A stretch of 63,384 nt of DNA, the filler included, from Hyphochytrium catenoides (taxonomy: Eukaryota > Protista > Hyphochytriomycota), in NCBI GenBank assembly GCA_900088475.1. It is 8 parts of 8 records of this genome, joined end to end, with 100 filler letters (N's around TTAATTAATTAA, not from the genome) between each part and the next. Parts side by side here need not be neighbours in the genome. Positions count along the whole stretch, not along the records: positions 48,070 to 49,630 come from FLMG01004015.1; positions 49,731 to 59,921 come from FLMG01001885.1; positions 60,022 to 63,384 come from FLMG01000138.1; 5 more parts are not named here. One strand, written 5' to 3'. Of this stretch, positions 48,886 to 61,523 are shown piece by piece; position 1 is the first letter of the stretch, and each line of letters opens with the position of its first letter. The position numbers and the translations under genes are program-made. Under the pieces are notes generated by a model. It was not told where the DNA came from. It saw only the letters and a program-made list of their open reading frames with translations, and made no database searches.

Positions 48886-49630
48886 TGTTGGATTTGTATG
48901 GGATGATTGGACAATGTCATTAAATGAGAGTGCTCCACTTATAAGCCCAACTGGGGTCCCATAATCTAGAGCTATTCTGACTATGCCAACTATTCCAAAT
49001 AAACCCTAAGATATTCAGTGATAGAGAAATCCCTGTCTACACCAATCAGTCTTGAAGGTATTCCGGGGTACTGACCATAAGCCATAGATATCAATAGCTT
49101 TAGGCTCCGCCTAGGGCTCGCCCGACGTTACGAGTGCGTAATCCAGCCTTCGGATGCATTATTAGTGGAAGATGCTTATTAAGACCACTGATATAGTCGT
49201 ACAAGTTCTTGTTGGATTTGTATGGGATGATTGGACAATGTCATTAGATGAGAGTGCNNNNNNNNNNNNNNNNNNNNNNNNNNNNNNNNNNNNNNNNNNN
49301 NNNNNNNNNNNNNNNNNNNNNNNNNNNNNNNNNNNCTTGCCAGCTTGTAGTCCACATAGCTGTGCCCTCAGACTCCAACAGTTCTTGTAACCGTAACACT
49401 ATAACTTGTAGGAGCTCTTCATTCTTCTATCGATATTTCCTAGATAGGCAGGCCCAGTCTCTCAAGGATCTCCCTACTCGTTCACCCACGCTCTCTACAG
49501 GAGAATAGTGAGTGAGTGAGTGAGCGAGTGAATGGCGAAACTGTCTCAACTCTCGACTGCTGCAGGAGTCGCGTGACATGTTGTTGGAATTTCTAATAGA
49601 GCAGCGAGCTCTCTTTACGGGTAGGGTTTG
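48886..49630. mobile_element. LTR retrotransposon LTR (outer copy from 48886) with a nested same-family copy at 49210-49380
   Basis: TGTTGGATTTGTATGGGATGATTGGACAATGTCATTA(A/G)ATGAGAGTGC at 48886 and 49210; inner copy ends TCCAACA (49380), inverse of TGTTGGA, flanked by 5-bp TSD GTTCT (49205-09, 49381-85). Confidence 0.8.
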
Positions 49631-49730
49631 NNNNNNNNNNNNNNNNNNNNNNNNNNNNNNNNNNNNNNNNNNNNTTAATTAATTAANNNNNNNNNNNNNN
49701 NNNNNNNNNNNNNNNNNNNNNNNNNNNNNN

Positions 49731-52700
49731 GACCCAGACTATATGAGAGCCGTTGGTGCTGCTAGAGGTTATACTTGAAGAGATAACAAGCAGCGCAGCT
49801 TGAATAGTAGAGAGAGAAGAGGAACGGGAAAGGGAAGTAGATCTGACGGCGGCACCATCACGCCCAACTCTGTCGTATCCGTCCGTATCTCTTTTCTATT
49901 GCAGTCGGTCTAAATGGTGCTGTCCGGTCCGAACATTGTCAAGCACCGGAGGATTCGCCCATCCTCCCACACTCTTATCCCCCTAAGTCGTCTTCATCAT
50001 AAATAGTAGACTCTCTGTAGCTCTCTACCTGTGTCAAAAGCTCCAAAGACCAGATGTAACCGGCCGCCGGCGTCCTTCCTCCACTACGCGATTAATGACG
50101 CGGAGAGTGTGAGGTCAATTTACCAGGCAGAAGTAAGATAAAGTGGCAGCGGAAAACAGAAGAAGGCAGGTAATAAGGCGGAGCAGAAATCATAAGTAGA
50201 AGCAAAGCAACATCCCAATGTGGCAATGGGGAGAGTAAGCCTTTCAAGAATGATGTGCCTTTATGCTAGCGGTCTAGCCACTTCTTCGGAACGATATATG
50301 GCTTGCTGTTGCGGGGTGGGGTCTATTGCTTAGTCCTCTTGTCTCACCTCTCACAGAGATGTAGGTGACTCTCCTTTCCAACCTCTTCTCTCTCCTCAGC
50401 TGGGGCAGAAAATTCACTCTGCAAGAGAATAGGACTTCTTGAACCGTGACGGCACCGATCCTCGGGGTCAGTCCTCTGGACGGCCACGTCTTTTAGCTCT
50501 GAGATGTCTTCCATCAGGATATTTTTCAGTGTTGAGGCGTTTGCATTGAACGGAATTGGCCTACAAGCAAGATTGGTTATCTTCATTGGATAACTCTTCT
50601 TATCTTCCTCTCTAGCAATCAGGTATCTTGGGTGTGACAAGCGTCTCTGCCTAGAGTCTCCATATCCTTCCTCTCTGGACTACTTCCCTTATAGTAGTAA
50701 GTGCGGGGTAATAGCTGTTTTAGCACTAAGAAGGACCCTGCCCTTACCCTCCTTACCCCACGGCCGCCCCGCCCCAGTATTCAGGTCGCTCTTCTCTGGC
50801 TGGTTTACTCTGATTTCTTTTCGTTCTTTCGTTTGCCTCCCTTTAAACTATCTGCACGATGATATGGCTCTCTCTACCTCGTCCGTCTGTTAAGGAACTC
50901 AATAGCAAATGTGCCTCCAAGCTCGTTTCCCTGTTGTACGGTCGAAATTGAGATTCCTGAACCTAGACCAGTGAAGGAGGAAGAGACTTGGAGTTCTGGT
51001 GGGTTCCCGACGTAAGAGGAAAACGTGATCCGCCAGCTCTTTTCTCCTGCTCCTCCTGAAGAGGAAGAGGGGGCTATTTCTTCAACCTCCAAGCGACCAA
51101 TGCCTGAGGGCGATAGAAGAGAGAAGGATATTACTTTGATGCATTGCGGACCAGAACTGCTCGATGAAAGAAGCGCATAATAATAAGGAATAATAAGGGT
51201 AGACAGAACAAACGGAGAGAATCTGAGGTGAATGATCCTATGACCCATTTGTAGCCCAGACTCCAGAAGAACAGGATAATAACCGACTAGGGGTCTCCGC
51301 AGTTGAACATTGGGAATCGACAAAAAGAAACGAGGCGCTAAATGCGGAAGGTGCTTGAGGATGTATAGCCCGAGATGAACTGAGGGCGCAGTAGAAGAAG
51401 GGGAATGTCTTACCTGGTAGGTCTGTTTCTAGGTAATGCCTTAGTAAAGACGCATCAGCGTCGCACGGAATGGGATGCGTGACGCCGGTTCCGCCCCAGG
51501 AAACGTTGAATGAGCCCCGAAGGGTCTGGCCAGAGGAAGTAAAGGTCTTGATTTGCTGAACCTGATGAACACACAAAGAAGTAGCGGTGGCGCCCAAGTA
51601 GTAACAGCGAGGAGTAAGAAGAGCTTTACCATGGGAGAAGGCGCGCAGAAGAAGAAGAGATGACAATATGGACGGAGGACACGATTTCCTAATTGCAAGC
51701 TGCGCTCTGCTTTCCCTAGTAGACTTAGTGATCCTTGTTGCTCTATATCATCTGATCCGCTTCTTTGCCCTCCTTTTGCTTATTCTTTCCCCCATCCCCT
51801 TCTCTGTCTCTCGAGACACATCATTAAACCCAATGATGCTGACATGTATACCCTCGAAGCCATAGAGAGCCGTCAATTACCTCTTTGATGTCATCCCCAG
51901 CGGTCATTAGAGTCTTGAGATAATGCCGAATACTGCTGCTACCTGGACCATTTACGTTCGAGAGGGATAAATCTCCACCTCCTCTGAACCCTCCACCGTG
52001 GCCTGGCGGGATAGTGATGTTGCACTCGATAAGGATACTGTTTCTACTCAGAAGAACCAATGGAAGGTCCCCAACCACCGACGTCTCCACTTCTGGCCCC
52101 TAGCATTCAGAATGGTGCAAGAACAAGACACATGGGGAAAGAGAGAATGAGAAGAAAGAGAGAGACCGGGGAACAGAGATCGACAGAGAAAGGTAGAGAG
52201 AGAATGAGACAGCAGAAGAAAGAGAGGCAGTTAGATAGAGGGAAGTGGGCAAGGGGGGATGATACCGGGAAGCCGAGAGAGAGTGTTGGGATACCGAGAA
52301 CATAGAGGAAAAATCGTCAAGGGAAAGACAGAGACACAGAAGAGTAGTAGTCGTACAACCCAGAGGGACGTCGCGCTGGAAGTGCTTTGGCAGTAGGCGA
52401 GATGGCGGAAGTAATAGGGTCAAGAGAATCATAGCGCTTCAGAAAGTCACTGCAGTAAGGCTGCGGAAGTCAGGCGCCAGCGGCAGCGGATGCGAGAATC
52501 CACGGCGGGAGAAGACACGAGCAGAAGCCGAGACGGGTAGGAAGAAACAGAGGAAAGTGTACCAGATGCACGTAGTCAAAGTTAAAAACTGCGGCTGGTG
52601 TCCCTTGCGACGTGTTGAAATGTAAACCTAAACAGATTAATGCGAACGCGAATGAAAGGCAACGGAAATGAGCTATGGCGTCCGAAGAAGAGCATCAGAG

Positions 52701-54321
52701 GATACGGTACTTCCGCTATTCAACTCTGCTTGTCCACTATGAATTTCTGTGCACTCTTCTTCTCTAGCTTTCAGTTGCCCGCAACCCATTGATAGTTCGA
52801 CTCTGTGCACTAGAGCACTAACTCATCAATTCTCTCTCTTGCCATCCATGTTCTCCGGGCATCAGCTTATCTGCTAATGGTGGTCTTTCTATGGTGCAAG
52901 CAGGACTCTGACCTTGGAAGGTGTTGTCTGGGGCTTGAAGAGTTCCCTTTGAGGTGTTAAAGGATATGGACCCAGCAGCAAGTTCAAGGGGACCCAGAAG
53001 GGGGAGCAAGAGTGGATCAAAGCCGAGAGCCCGCAACTTCTCATGGACTGCCGTGTAAACTAACGAGGAGTTTGAGGGCCCAAAGTCACCGCAGAGGAGA
53101 ACCAACAGCATAAACGGAGAGAAAGAGATTAGAATAGAGAAGCCAAGGAAACAGAAAGCAACGACAAGAGTCAGGCACTGGAAGAGTTAGCAGAGCCCCT
53201 TGGGAGATGGACATGTCTGCTGGTACTAAGGGGATAGAGGATAAATAGTAGAACACTAATACGGGTCTACAGACCTCCTCCTCTGTGCAGCCCAAAAGTG
53301 CCTGGCACCCAATCTTCAAAGTCCAAGAAGAGCTGAGCAGGCTTCTCCGGGTCAGAGGGGAACTTCCGATCGTAGAATGAATAAGTTGGATGGGTGACGT
53401 TGTAGACTAAAGAGAAGAAGGTACGAGTAGTTAGGCGCGGCACCAAGGCCAGGAATGTTGGTAGGATAGGGTGTAGCCGATTGTTAAGAGGAGACAAGAG
53501 GAAGCTTTGCGTTTGAGTTGAGTGTAAAGGTGAGAGGAAAAGAGCTCTGCTTGAGAAAAGAAGACTGGTTAGAACTATAGAACTGGTAGAACTATACGGA
53601 AATAGGGATGATGATCATTGCCATTCCGGCCGCAGAACCACCTCTGTGGTAGAAGTAGCAGCGAAGCTAAGTGGCTGTTGAGGATAGTGCTAGAGAACAA
53701 AAGCATCTAGCCAAGACCCGCAGCAGCTCGGCTGACAAAGAAGTGTAGACAATATACATCAGAGTTTGTCGGACTAAGAGTTTGTCGGTCTAAAGGAAAA
53801 GAGACAGGCTTCAACCTACTCTGCCGTCCCCAGTTGCATCTTTGAGTCCATTTACAGCGGTTGTAGGCGGCACAACGGGAGGAGGACGGCCCTGAGTCTA
53901 GGCAGCGTGTGGCGTTGTGCAGCGCACTTTCATAAGAGACGTCTTCTGCACCTGGAAAAGAGTAGAAAGTTCTCTTCCTCTCTCCCACTGCAGTGGTAGG
54001 GGTAGAATGGAAAACCGTTGAAGTAGGACAACTAGTTAGAGATAGCTTGGGGAAAAGGCAGGAAAAAGAGAAGAAAGAGAGAGAGAAAAGAGATGGAATA
54101 ATCGCGGAAGGCGGACTAAAGAGGCGAGGAAAGAGAGAAAAGAGTGAGAGAGAGTGTTTTGTGGGAGACAGAGAGGGGGAAGACTCACCACTCGAGACAT
54201 GTACCGGTATACTGAGCACTGCCGCTGCAAGAACTAGCAGGAGGAGGTGTCTTTGATTTGTCGAGGTTCTTCTGCACACAGAGTTCCCTGGGCCCCAGGC
54301 TCGTCGTGGACTTCGCGTCAT
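49731..54321 (-). CDS. Large secreted stramenopile adhesin-like protein, multi-exon, 5' part (3' end truncated at scaffold start)
   Basis: Hydrophobic leader, then exons ISFNTSKGTL, AAVFNFDYVHL, LVLLSRNSILI..GGGFRGGG..NVNGPGS, EVQQIKT..GSFNVSW..PIPCDADA..LE, SWRITF..GN.PEL..GNELGGTF..TRPIPFNA.A..LK repeats typical of this family. Confidence 0.7.
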
Positions 54322-54736
54322 CTTTATGAGGCGGGCCGCAAACGTAGTCTCCCTAAGGCCCTTTTCCTCTCCTAGACTTTTCTTGTCAGTCTCTTCTCAA
54401 CTTTGCTCCTCCTCCGCCACTACCATCGTCCTTGAAAAAAAGCCAGATAAAGATTAGCAGAGTTCTCTATTCATCGGCGAATGACTATCCATCGTCTTTA
54501 TGTGAGCATCCTCTTCCGCAGCTTGACCGGCTCATATGCTGCGAAGATGAGGGGAGAGGCTGGACCCCAAGATAGAGGAGTGCAAGCTTCCGAAGCTGCC
54601 TTCTCAGCCGAAAGAAGCATCTTCCTACGCGAACTCGGCTGCCTCTCTGCTGTTGGTTGAGTTTTTTCTGCACTTGATTACTCTGCGTCTTTGACCTGGC
54701 TTCGTCGCTTGTTGTCCCCTTGATCCTTGTAAGATG

Positions 54737-54775
<39 letters not shown>

Positions 54776-54827
54776 TCTTTCTTTCTCTCTCTCTCTTCCT
54801 CTCTCTTCCTCTCTCTCTTTCTCTCTC

Positions 54828-54858
<31 letters not shown>

Positions 54859-55089
54859 TCCTCTTTCTTTCTCTCTCTCTCTTCCTCTCTCTCTTTCTCT
54901 CTCTTTTCCTCTCTCTCTCTCTTTCTCTCTCTCTGTGTGTCCCACCTGGTCCCCCCAAGGCCAGATCCTTCCCTTCCCTCCTCTGAAAGGGCACATACCA
55001 AGCCGTTTCAGTCAATCTCCTGGGGGAGGCGTCGGGATCACCTGTACAGCTCGCTACTCCTGGAGGAGATGAGAAAAGGCTTTTTCTTC

Positions 55090-55670
55090 TGGAGGAGCTG
55101 TGGAAGTGGGTAGGTCATAGCCAGTTTCTACCACCATGAAGAACAGTTACTGCCAGGCGGTGTATTATCTGATACTTAGGTGGCCTTTGTGAGTTTGTTA
55201 ATGAGGAACACTGGCTAATGATTAGAAATAAAAATGGAGTCCGTTTCTCCTTGATTTGTCCTCTAGCACTTCTGTCCAGCCTATAACACCCACCCCAGCT
55301 CCCCAGCCCTGCCAGCTTGCAGAATAGCCTATTACTACTGAAACCTGGATTAATAATGTGGTAGCCCACTAGAAAAGCCCCATACACCGCCGTACCCTCT
55401 CACAAACCTGGGTAATATTGCTGGTGGGTACGCTCTCTGTGAAGAGCTAGGTGAGGGTAGACCTGGATGATGAACGTATTACTATAGGCGCCCCCTTTCC
55501 GAACGTTCTTCCAGTGTTGTATTCTTGGTTCCCCTCCATTCTCTCCTCTCCACCACCTTCCACATCGAAACTTTTCAGATCCTTTTGTGTTGCAATATGG
55601 CATTTACTGTTGTACCTTCCCGTGATATCTTTGTTAGAGTTAATACTCCAAAGCCATTTCTAGCGTGCAG
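55090..55670 (-). mobile_element. Possible degenerate retroelement fragment (RNase H-like)
   Basis: Stop-riddled frame ILQAGRAGELGW..GETDSIFISNH..INKL loosely resembles LINE RNase H (RVT_3) ETDS motif. Confidence 0.2.
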
Positions 55671-56911
55671 AGTCACCGGAATTCCACTTTCCCCCTAGTA
55701 TGTTAGTACTTCTAACGTGCAATGCTCCAACAAAGAGCGCCAAAAGCCTACGGAATGTTGGGGAAGCGGAGACCAAAAGGCTCTCTCTTCTCTCTTCCGC
55801 AATTTCCTCTCTCGTCCCGGGATTCCTTTTATAACTATGGGAGAACACACTCTTTCTCTCTCTCTCTTTCTCTCTCTCTCTCTTCTCTCTCTCTTCCTCT
55901 TTTCTCTCTCTCTCTCTCTCGCTCTCTCCTTTCGAAGCACCACCTGTTCCTTCGTCACTCGATGGGATGATGCCGTTTGTCAAGCAGTGTAGGAAGAGAG
56001 AAGAGAGAGGAAAGAGAGAGAGAGAGAGAAAAGAAAGACCAGCGGCGAGAAGAGAAGAAAGTGTATGTGCTCTCTCTTCTCTCTTCTCTCCCTCTTCACG
56101 TTGCTCTCTCTCCTACAAGGGACAGAGACTAATCATTCCTGCCGCCTCTCCAGCCTTCTAAAGCCTCTCCAGCCTTCTAAAGCCTCCGCCTCCTCGCCAC
56201 TCTCACGACAGAGGCCAACNNNNNNNNNNNNNNNNNNNNNNNNNNNNNNNNNNNNNNNNNNNNNNNNNNNNNNNNNNNNNNNNNNNNNNNNNNNNNNNNN
56301 NNNNNNNNNNNNNNNNNNNNNNNNNNNNCCAGTCGAAGCTTCACCACGCACGCAACGCCCTCAACCTTCAAAGCTCACTCCACATTCACGGACCAGGGAA
56401 ACTTCTCGGTGCAGTTCCTCGCCTCGCCTGGCTCAACCGCAGACGCAGGCGGCAGAAGGAAAGGACAAGGAGACCTCTTTCACATCTCTTTCCACTCTTT
56501 CTCTCTCTTCCTCCGCTTTTACCCTTCTTTGTCTCGTCTTCTCCCTGTTTGCGTCACACTCTTCTCTCTCTCCCTGTTGAGCGGCGGTGCGTGTATGTCT
56601 GCCATCTCTCAACAGGTCCGGAGAAACGCTTGAAGCAGGTAAAAGGTCGCCATTTGTCTGTCTCTCTCTGTTCTGTCTCCTTGCTCATTCTCCCTCTTTA
56701 GTGACTTTCTCTCGCTCTTTTCTTCATCACACTCTCTTTCTAACGCAGGTCTTCACCTATTGCTCTGCAGCTTCGCTAAGCTTCAACAACGAAGCTCTTG
56801 AAGGAGCAGCCTGAAGAAGATCTACGGAGATTCTCTGTCAAAGCTTTGAGCGTGGGAACGCGGAGCATTGACAGACAGGCGTTTTCCTAAAAGAGTTAAC
56901 GAAGCCGAGAA

Positions 56912-58414
56912 ATGGCAAGATTCTTCAACGGTCAACGCCCTCCAATGCCTTCAGCAAACAGCAGCGCCAGCAGCGGCGGCGTGGGACTAGCAGGAGAAGA
57001 GGTTCTGACAGTGGATCAGCTTGCGCATCAGGATGAGTGGGTCTGCGACAGCGAGCGCTACCGGTGCAACGTCTGCGCACGGAACTTCACTTCATTCCGC
57101 CGGAAGCACCATTGCAGATGCTGTGGAGAAGTCGTTTGTCGCAATTGCACGCTCTTCAAAGAGGCAGAACTCCCAATCTTGGGCAAGAGCCGCGTCCGCG
57201 TATGCATGTCCTGCATCTTGAACCACAATGCTGGTGGCGGCAGGCGAGGAGACCCGTCGGCGAGAAAGGTCTCGCGGCCTTCCAAGCTGGATATGGCCAA
57301 GTCTATGTCCAGCTCTGGATATAACCAGACGATCGACAGTCGGAGCAGCACGCACTCCAGCAATCAGCAAGATGACAGCAGTCACTGGCTCTCTATCCAC
57401 GCCCATTCTCCAACGAACGAAAGCGCAGAGAGCATTGAGTCCTTCGCGGAGACCGGAGTAACGACCTCCTACGACTATCCTTTGGACTTCAATTGGGAGC
57501 ATCCCTGGCCACGCCCTCCCGTTCCTCCTGATGAGGAAGAGAGACTGGCAGAGCTCCTTTCCTATAGCATTTTGGACACCTCGCCAGAGAAGACCATCGA
57601 CAACCTTTGTGAGCTGGCGAGCGTCTCCTTTAAATGCCCCATAGCTGGAGTCTCATTCATTGACGCCGACCGACAATGGTTCAAGGCTAGCGTTGGGCTG
57701 GCGCAGAGTGAGATTCCGCGAATGGTCTCACTATGCGCCCACACCATCATGTCCAACGACCCAGTGGTGGTCTTAGATACGACCAAGGACAAGCGCTTCC
57801 AGCACAATCCGATCGTTACTGGCCCAGCGAAGGTGCGCTTCTACGCGGCAGCCAGTATCAGAACCTCCAACGGCCATAATATCGGAACAATGTTCGTCTT
57901 CGATAACAAGCCCAGAGAGAGCTGTGATGTGGCTACACTGGAGAAGATAGCCAATGTGGCGATGCGACACATTGAAGATCGGAAGAATGAGATCGCTAAA
58001 CCGGTCACGAAGCCTGGCTTCAAGGCTCAGCAGAATGGCGTTCCAGCTGGCGCTAATAGTTCTCGTCCAGCGGAGAGGGCCCTAGAGGCAAGGCCGCAGG
58101 GAAGAGACACCCCTTCGCAGCCCCAACCGCAGCCTGCTAACCAGATTGTGCAAGCGCAGGGCCAAGCTTTGGCTCCTGCAGGTCAGGCAGCTATTATCCC
58201 TGGGTCTATGGAAGCAATGCTTATGGACTTGCTGACAAGAACAACGGAGACTCAACAGCAATTGGCCATACAGCAAGGCTCCATGTTTCAGACACTTGGT
58301 AACCAGCAGGTCAAGATTGATCGCATTGAAGACGATGTCACAAGGCTCAAGGACCAGATTGATAATATGACGAAGCTCTTTGAGCAGCAGAACAAGGCCG
58401 TCTTTGGAAAGTAG
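56912..58414 (+). CDS. FYVE zinc finger + GAF domain protein with C-terminal coiled coil (oomycete-type), 500 aa
   Basis: WVCD..CNVC..FRRKHHCRCCGEVVC..C..RVCMSC FYVE; PVPPDEEERLAELLSYSILDT..RQWFKASVGL..CAHTI..D.RF..NP.V..VRFYA GAF; MEAMLMDLLTRTTETQQQLA tail; probable 5' UTR intron 56639-56749. Confidence 0.92.
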   Translation: MARFFNGQRPPMPSANSSASSGGVGLAGEEVLTVDQLAHQDEWVCDSERYRCNVCARNFTSFRRKHHCRCCGEVVCRNCTLFKEAELPILGKSRVRVCMSCILNHNAGGGRRGDPSARKVSRPSKLDMAKSMSSSGYNQTIDSRSSTHSSNQQDDSSHWLSIHAHSPTNESAESIESFAETGVTTSYDYPLDFNWEHPWPRPPVPPDEEERLAELLSYSILDTSPEKTIDNLCELASVSFKCPIAGVSFIDADRQWFKASVGLAQSEIPRMVSLCAHTIMSNDPVVVLDTTKDKRFQHNPIVTGPAKVRFYAAASIRTSNGHNIGTMFVFDNKPRESCDVATLEKIANVAMRHIEDRKNEIAKPVTKPGFKAQQNGVPAGANSSRPAERALEARPQGRDTPSQPQPQPANQIVQAQGQALAPAGQAAIIPGSMEAMLMDLLTRTTETQQQLAIQQGSMFQTLGNQQVKIDRIEDDVTRLKDQIDNMTKLFEQQNKAVFGK

Positions 58415-59527
58415 ATGACACGAAGAGACAAAGAGGAGCTGCCCCGATGGAGAAATCCTCGATAGGAGTTCATATTTTCTAAATCCCTTCCTTCCACTGT
58501 CTCAGTGTGTCCCTTTCTTTCCTGACTTTTGCCTCATGGCTTTCTGCTTGTCTTCATCTAGAGTCTCTCTTTCTGGTCAACCCACCATTAAGGGACCCTA
58601 CAACTTCCCTTTTTTCCGTTAGTGCTCTCTATCCTATCTCCTTCCTTTCTTCAGGCTTTCCAGGTGTGCCCGTATGTATTATTAAGATGGCGCTAAGAGT
58701 ACACCTTTGACTAGGGTCGTGCATGTTTGTATAAAGTTGAAGAAAGTTTCTCAAGAAGAGGCGTGCTGCTGCTCAGATTGGCCATCTTAAGCCCTTCATC
58801 CAACATCCATCTCTTTGTCTTCAACATCGTCATCGACTCGTTTGTCCTCCTCCTTAACTTCTGAGGAATGCATCCGCCTCTTACACTATCGAGACTTTTT
58901 GTACTTTCTGCCGCCTCTCAAGGCTAGGCTGCTTGGACTCCAGAAGGAGTTAATAATTAAGCCGAGCGTGAAGGACTGTTGACGGAAGTAGTTACACGCT
59001 TGGCTGCTCCCTGTCTGTCGTGTTTGTTGTCATCATCAGATGCCCTACATACACTTCACGCGAGGATTCAATCCTTGACGGTGGTGGTGTTTCAATGGCT
59101 AAATCACTAGTTTTATAAATACTAACCTGAATAATAACGGCCACATCAACTCTAAGAATTATATTTTTTCATATTGTCAGAGAAATGTTATAGTTCATTG
59201 ACTATAACTAAGAAGAAGAAGAAAAAGTAAGAAGGAGGAGAAGAAGTCAAAAGAAGAGGTAAAAGAGAAGAAGAAGGAGGAGGAGGAAATGAGGGACAAG
59301 AAGAAGGAGAAGAGAAATGAAGAGTAGACAAGAGCTACAAAGCTCTGGACTCTTGAACACGTTCTCCACCACCCTCACCATCAATGCCAGAAAAAAGGAA
59401 AAAGAATCATAGTTGAACTCTTTCTTCCTCAATAATGAGGAGACGGAGGAGAAGAAGTAAGGGGCGTGGCGCCGAGACCACCATACTTTTTGTTCTTGTC
59501 TGCGTCGGAGGGGTGTATATGCATTTA

Positions 59528-59921
59528 CTCCCTCTGTTCGGAAATAAGTGTCCGATTTGAGGAAAAATTTTGTTCAGAATTAAGTGTCCAGTAGATGGGT
59601 TATTATTTTGTAAAGCCGTGTCTAAACGGGAGAAGAGTACAAGTTATTAGTGTATTACTATTGCTTTATTAGTGAGATTACACTGCTATGATAGGTTTGG
59701 TCTGATCATCAGCATCAACCTTCGCACGAGCAGCTTCATAAAGTGACAGTGGGCATTCGAGCCGCTCTGGTAGTTGTCCTTTGCGTTGGAGTCGCATCTT
59801 ACCCATATGGGGGACCTTGTAGTTGTTGCCGCCACCACATCTCATCACCTCAGTCAAGCAGCCCTGAAGTGTAAGAAAGACATTGTTGAGCTTGTCAGCG
59901 GACAAATCGTCAGAGTAGAAG
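59528..59921 (-). mobile_element. Tc1/mariner DD39D (plant-mariner/Stowaway-related) transposon 3' end
   Basis: TA + TIR CTCCCTCTGTTCGGAAATAAGTGTCC at 59528; transposase C-terminus KLNNVFLTLQGCLTEVMRCGGGNNYKVPHMGK..L.RKGQLPERL.C (59678-59921). Confidence 0.85.
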
Positions 59922-60167
59922 NNNNNNNNNNNNNNNNNNNNNNNNNNNNNNNNNNNNNNNNNNNNTTAATTAATTAANNNNNNNNNNNNNNNNNNNNNNN
60001 NNNNNNNNNNNNNNNNNNNNNGGGGAGAGAGAGAGAGAGAGAGAGAGGTTATCTTCGCTAAACAGAAACGCCTTGCTCCCCATTCGAAGTCAATTTGGCT
60101 GCATTATCCCATAGGCTTGTTGCTCGTCGTTAATCTCCTTTTCCCCTCTTTTTCCTCCCTCTCCTCT

Positions 60168-60205
<38 letters not shown>

Positions 60206-60248
60206 CTCTCTCTCTATATATAATATATATACATCTTCGCTCCCATTA

Positions 60249-60410
60249 CCTTCATCAACAGAAATGAGCAACCGAGAGTCTGGGGATACAGACAGAGTCC
60301 TAACGTTCTTGCGATTCTCACAGGGAAGAGTTATAGAGGTATTGCTGCACGTTGGGAGAGACGAAGAGAGAGAGAACGAGCGGGTAAGGAGAGAGAATTG
60401 CGCGACATAA

Positions 60411-60445
<35 letters not shown>

Positions 60446-60625
60446 AGGAGAGAGAGGGAGGAGAGCCGGGAGAGAGAAGGAGGGAGTGTGGGAGAAAGAC
60501 ACAGAGAGAGAGACAGAGAGAGAGAGAGAGAGGGACACCCAGCGGGTAGCGAGAGAGGATAAAAGAGAGCGAGAGAAACAGAGAGACACACACACATACA
60601 GAGCAAGAGGAGAGAAGAAATAGAC

Positions 60626-60658
<33 letters not shown>

Positions 60659-60786
60659 CAGAGAAAAGATAGCACAGGATGGCAGAAGATAAGGAGGCAT
60701 GACAACAGGAAAACATCATTAACACGTAGGAGAGAGAAAGGAAAAGACACCGGAGAGGACATATGGCAGGGTGAGGCCGACCGACG

Positions 60787-60824
<38 letters not shown>

Positions 60825-61166
60825 NNNNNNNNNNNNNNGGGGGGGGGGAGAACGGAGAGGAGAAAAAAGAGAAATCCGCTTTATCAATAGGCGGACGGAT
60901 GCTCAGAGGACGCCAGGGAAGAGGAGCGCATCAAAGTGCCACAGGAACAGAGAGGCGCAGAGAGGGGGAGAGGAGAGAGAGAGTGAGAGAGAGAGAGAGA
61001 GAGAGATGTGCAGAGGAAAGGTAAAAGGTCCTTACTTGACTAGATCAAAGCGAGTGATGCGGTTTCCAACTGGGCTGAAGAGAGAGTTCCCGTCGGGGGA
61101 GAAGACCAGCGTCCCGCCTGTATATACAGAGCCCAGCAGCTGACTGAACTGATAGGAGAATCTCAT
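60249..61166 (-). CDS. PWP2: Periodic tryptophan protein 2 (UTP1), 5' exons; truncated at scaffold start
   Basis: MRFSYQFSQLLGSVYTGGTLVFSPDGNSLFSPVGNRITRFDLV|NNTSITLPCENRKNVRTLSVSPDSRLLISVDE matches the PWP2 N-terminus. Confidence 0.9.
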
Positions 61167-61388
61167 CTTTCTCTTCTTCTTTCTCTCTCTCCTTTCTGTT
61201 TCTCTCTTTCCTTGCGTTACTCCTAGCTTGAAAGATGTCTGGAGAGAAAAAAGAAGGTCTTCTCCTAGCCTCGTCTTTCTCTTTCTTCAGGTGCGAGCAG
61301 AAGGGACAGGATGAGGTGAATAGGCGATGGCGGCAGAGGGGAAGCTTTGTGCTTCTTGCGGACAAGTGATGATGGTTCGCAATCTCAA

Positions 61389-61420
<32 letters not shown>

Positions 61421-61489
61421 CTCTCTCTATCTCTCTCTGTCTCTCTGTCTCTCTGTCTCTCTCTTCTCTCTCTCCCCCTCTCCCTCTTC

Positions 61490-61523
<34 letters not shown>

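Noticed and set aside
2489-58414. Alternative genetic code (TAA/TAG or TGA reassigned), suggested by in-frame stops in relic ORFs
   Set aside because: Conserved genes have no in-frame stops and end normally in TGA (GH18, GH26, CE4), TAA (LRR, XRCC4) and TAG (AAAP, FYVE-GAF)
23650-60021. Seven identical TTAATTAATTAA motifs flanked by Ns, resembling a regular repeat or array
   Set aside because: Fixed 100-nt N44-12-N44 format with six-frame stops, and genes truncated at each one: assembly concatenation linkers, not biology
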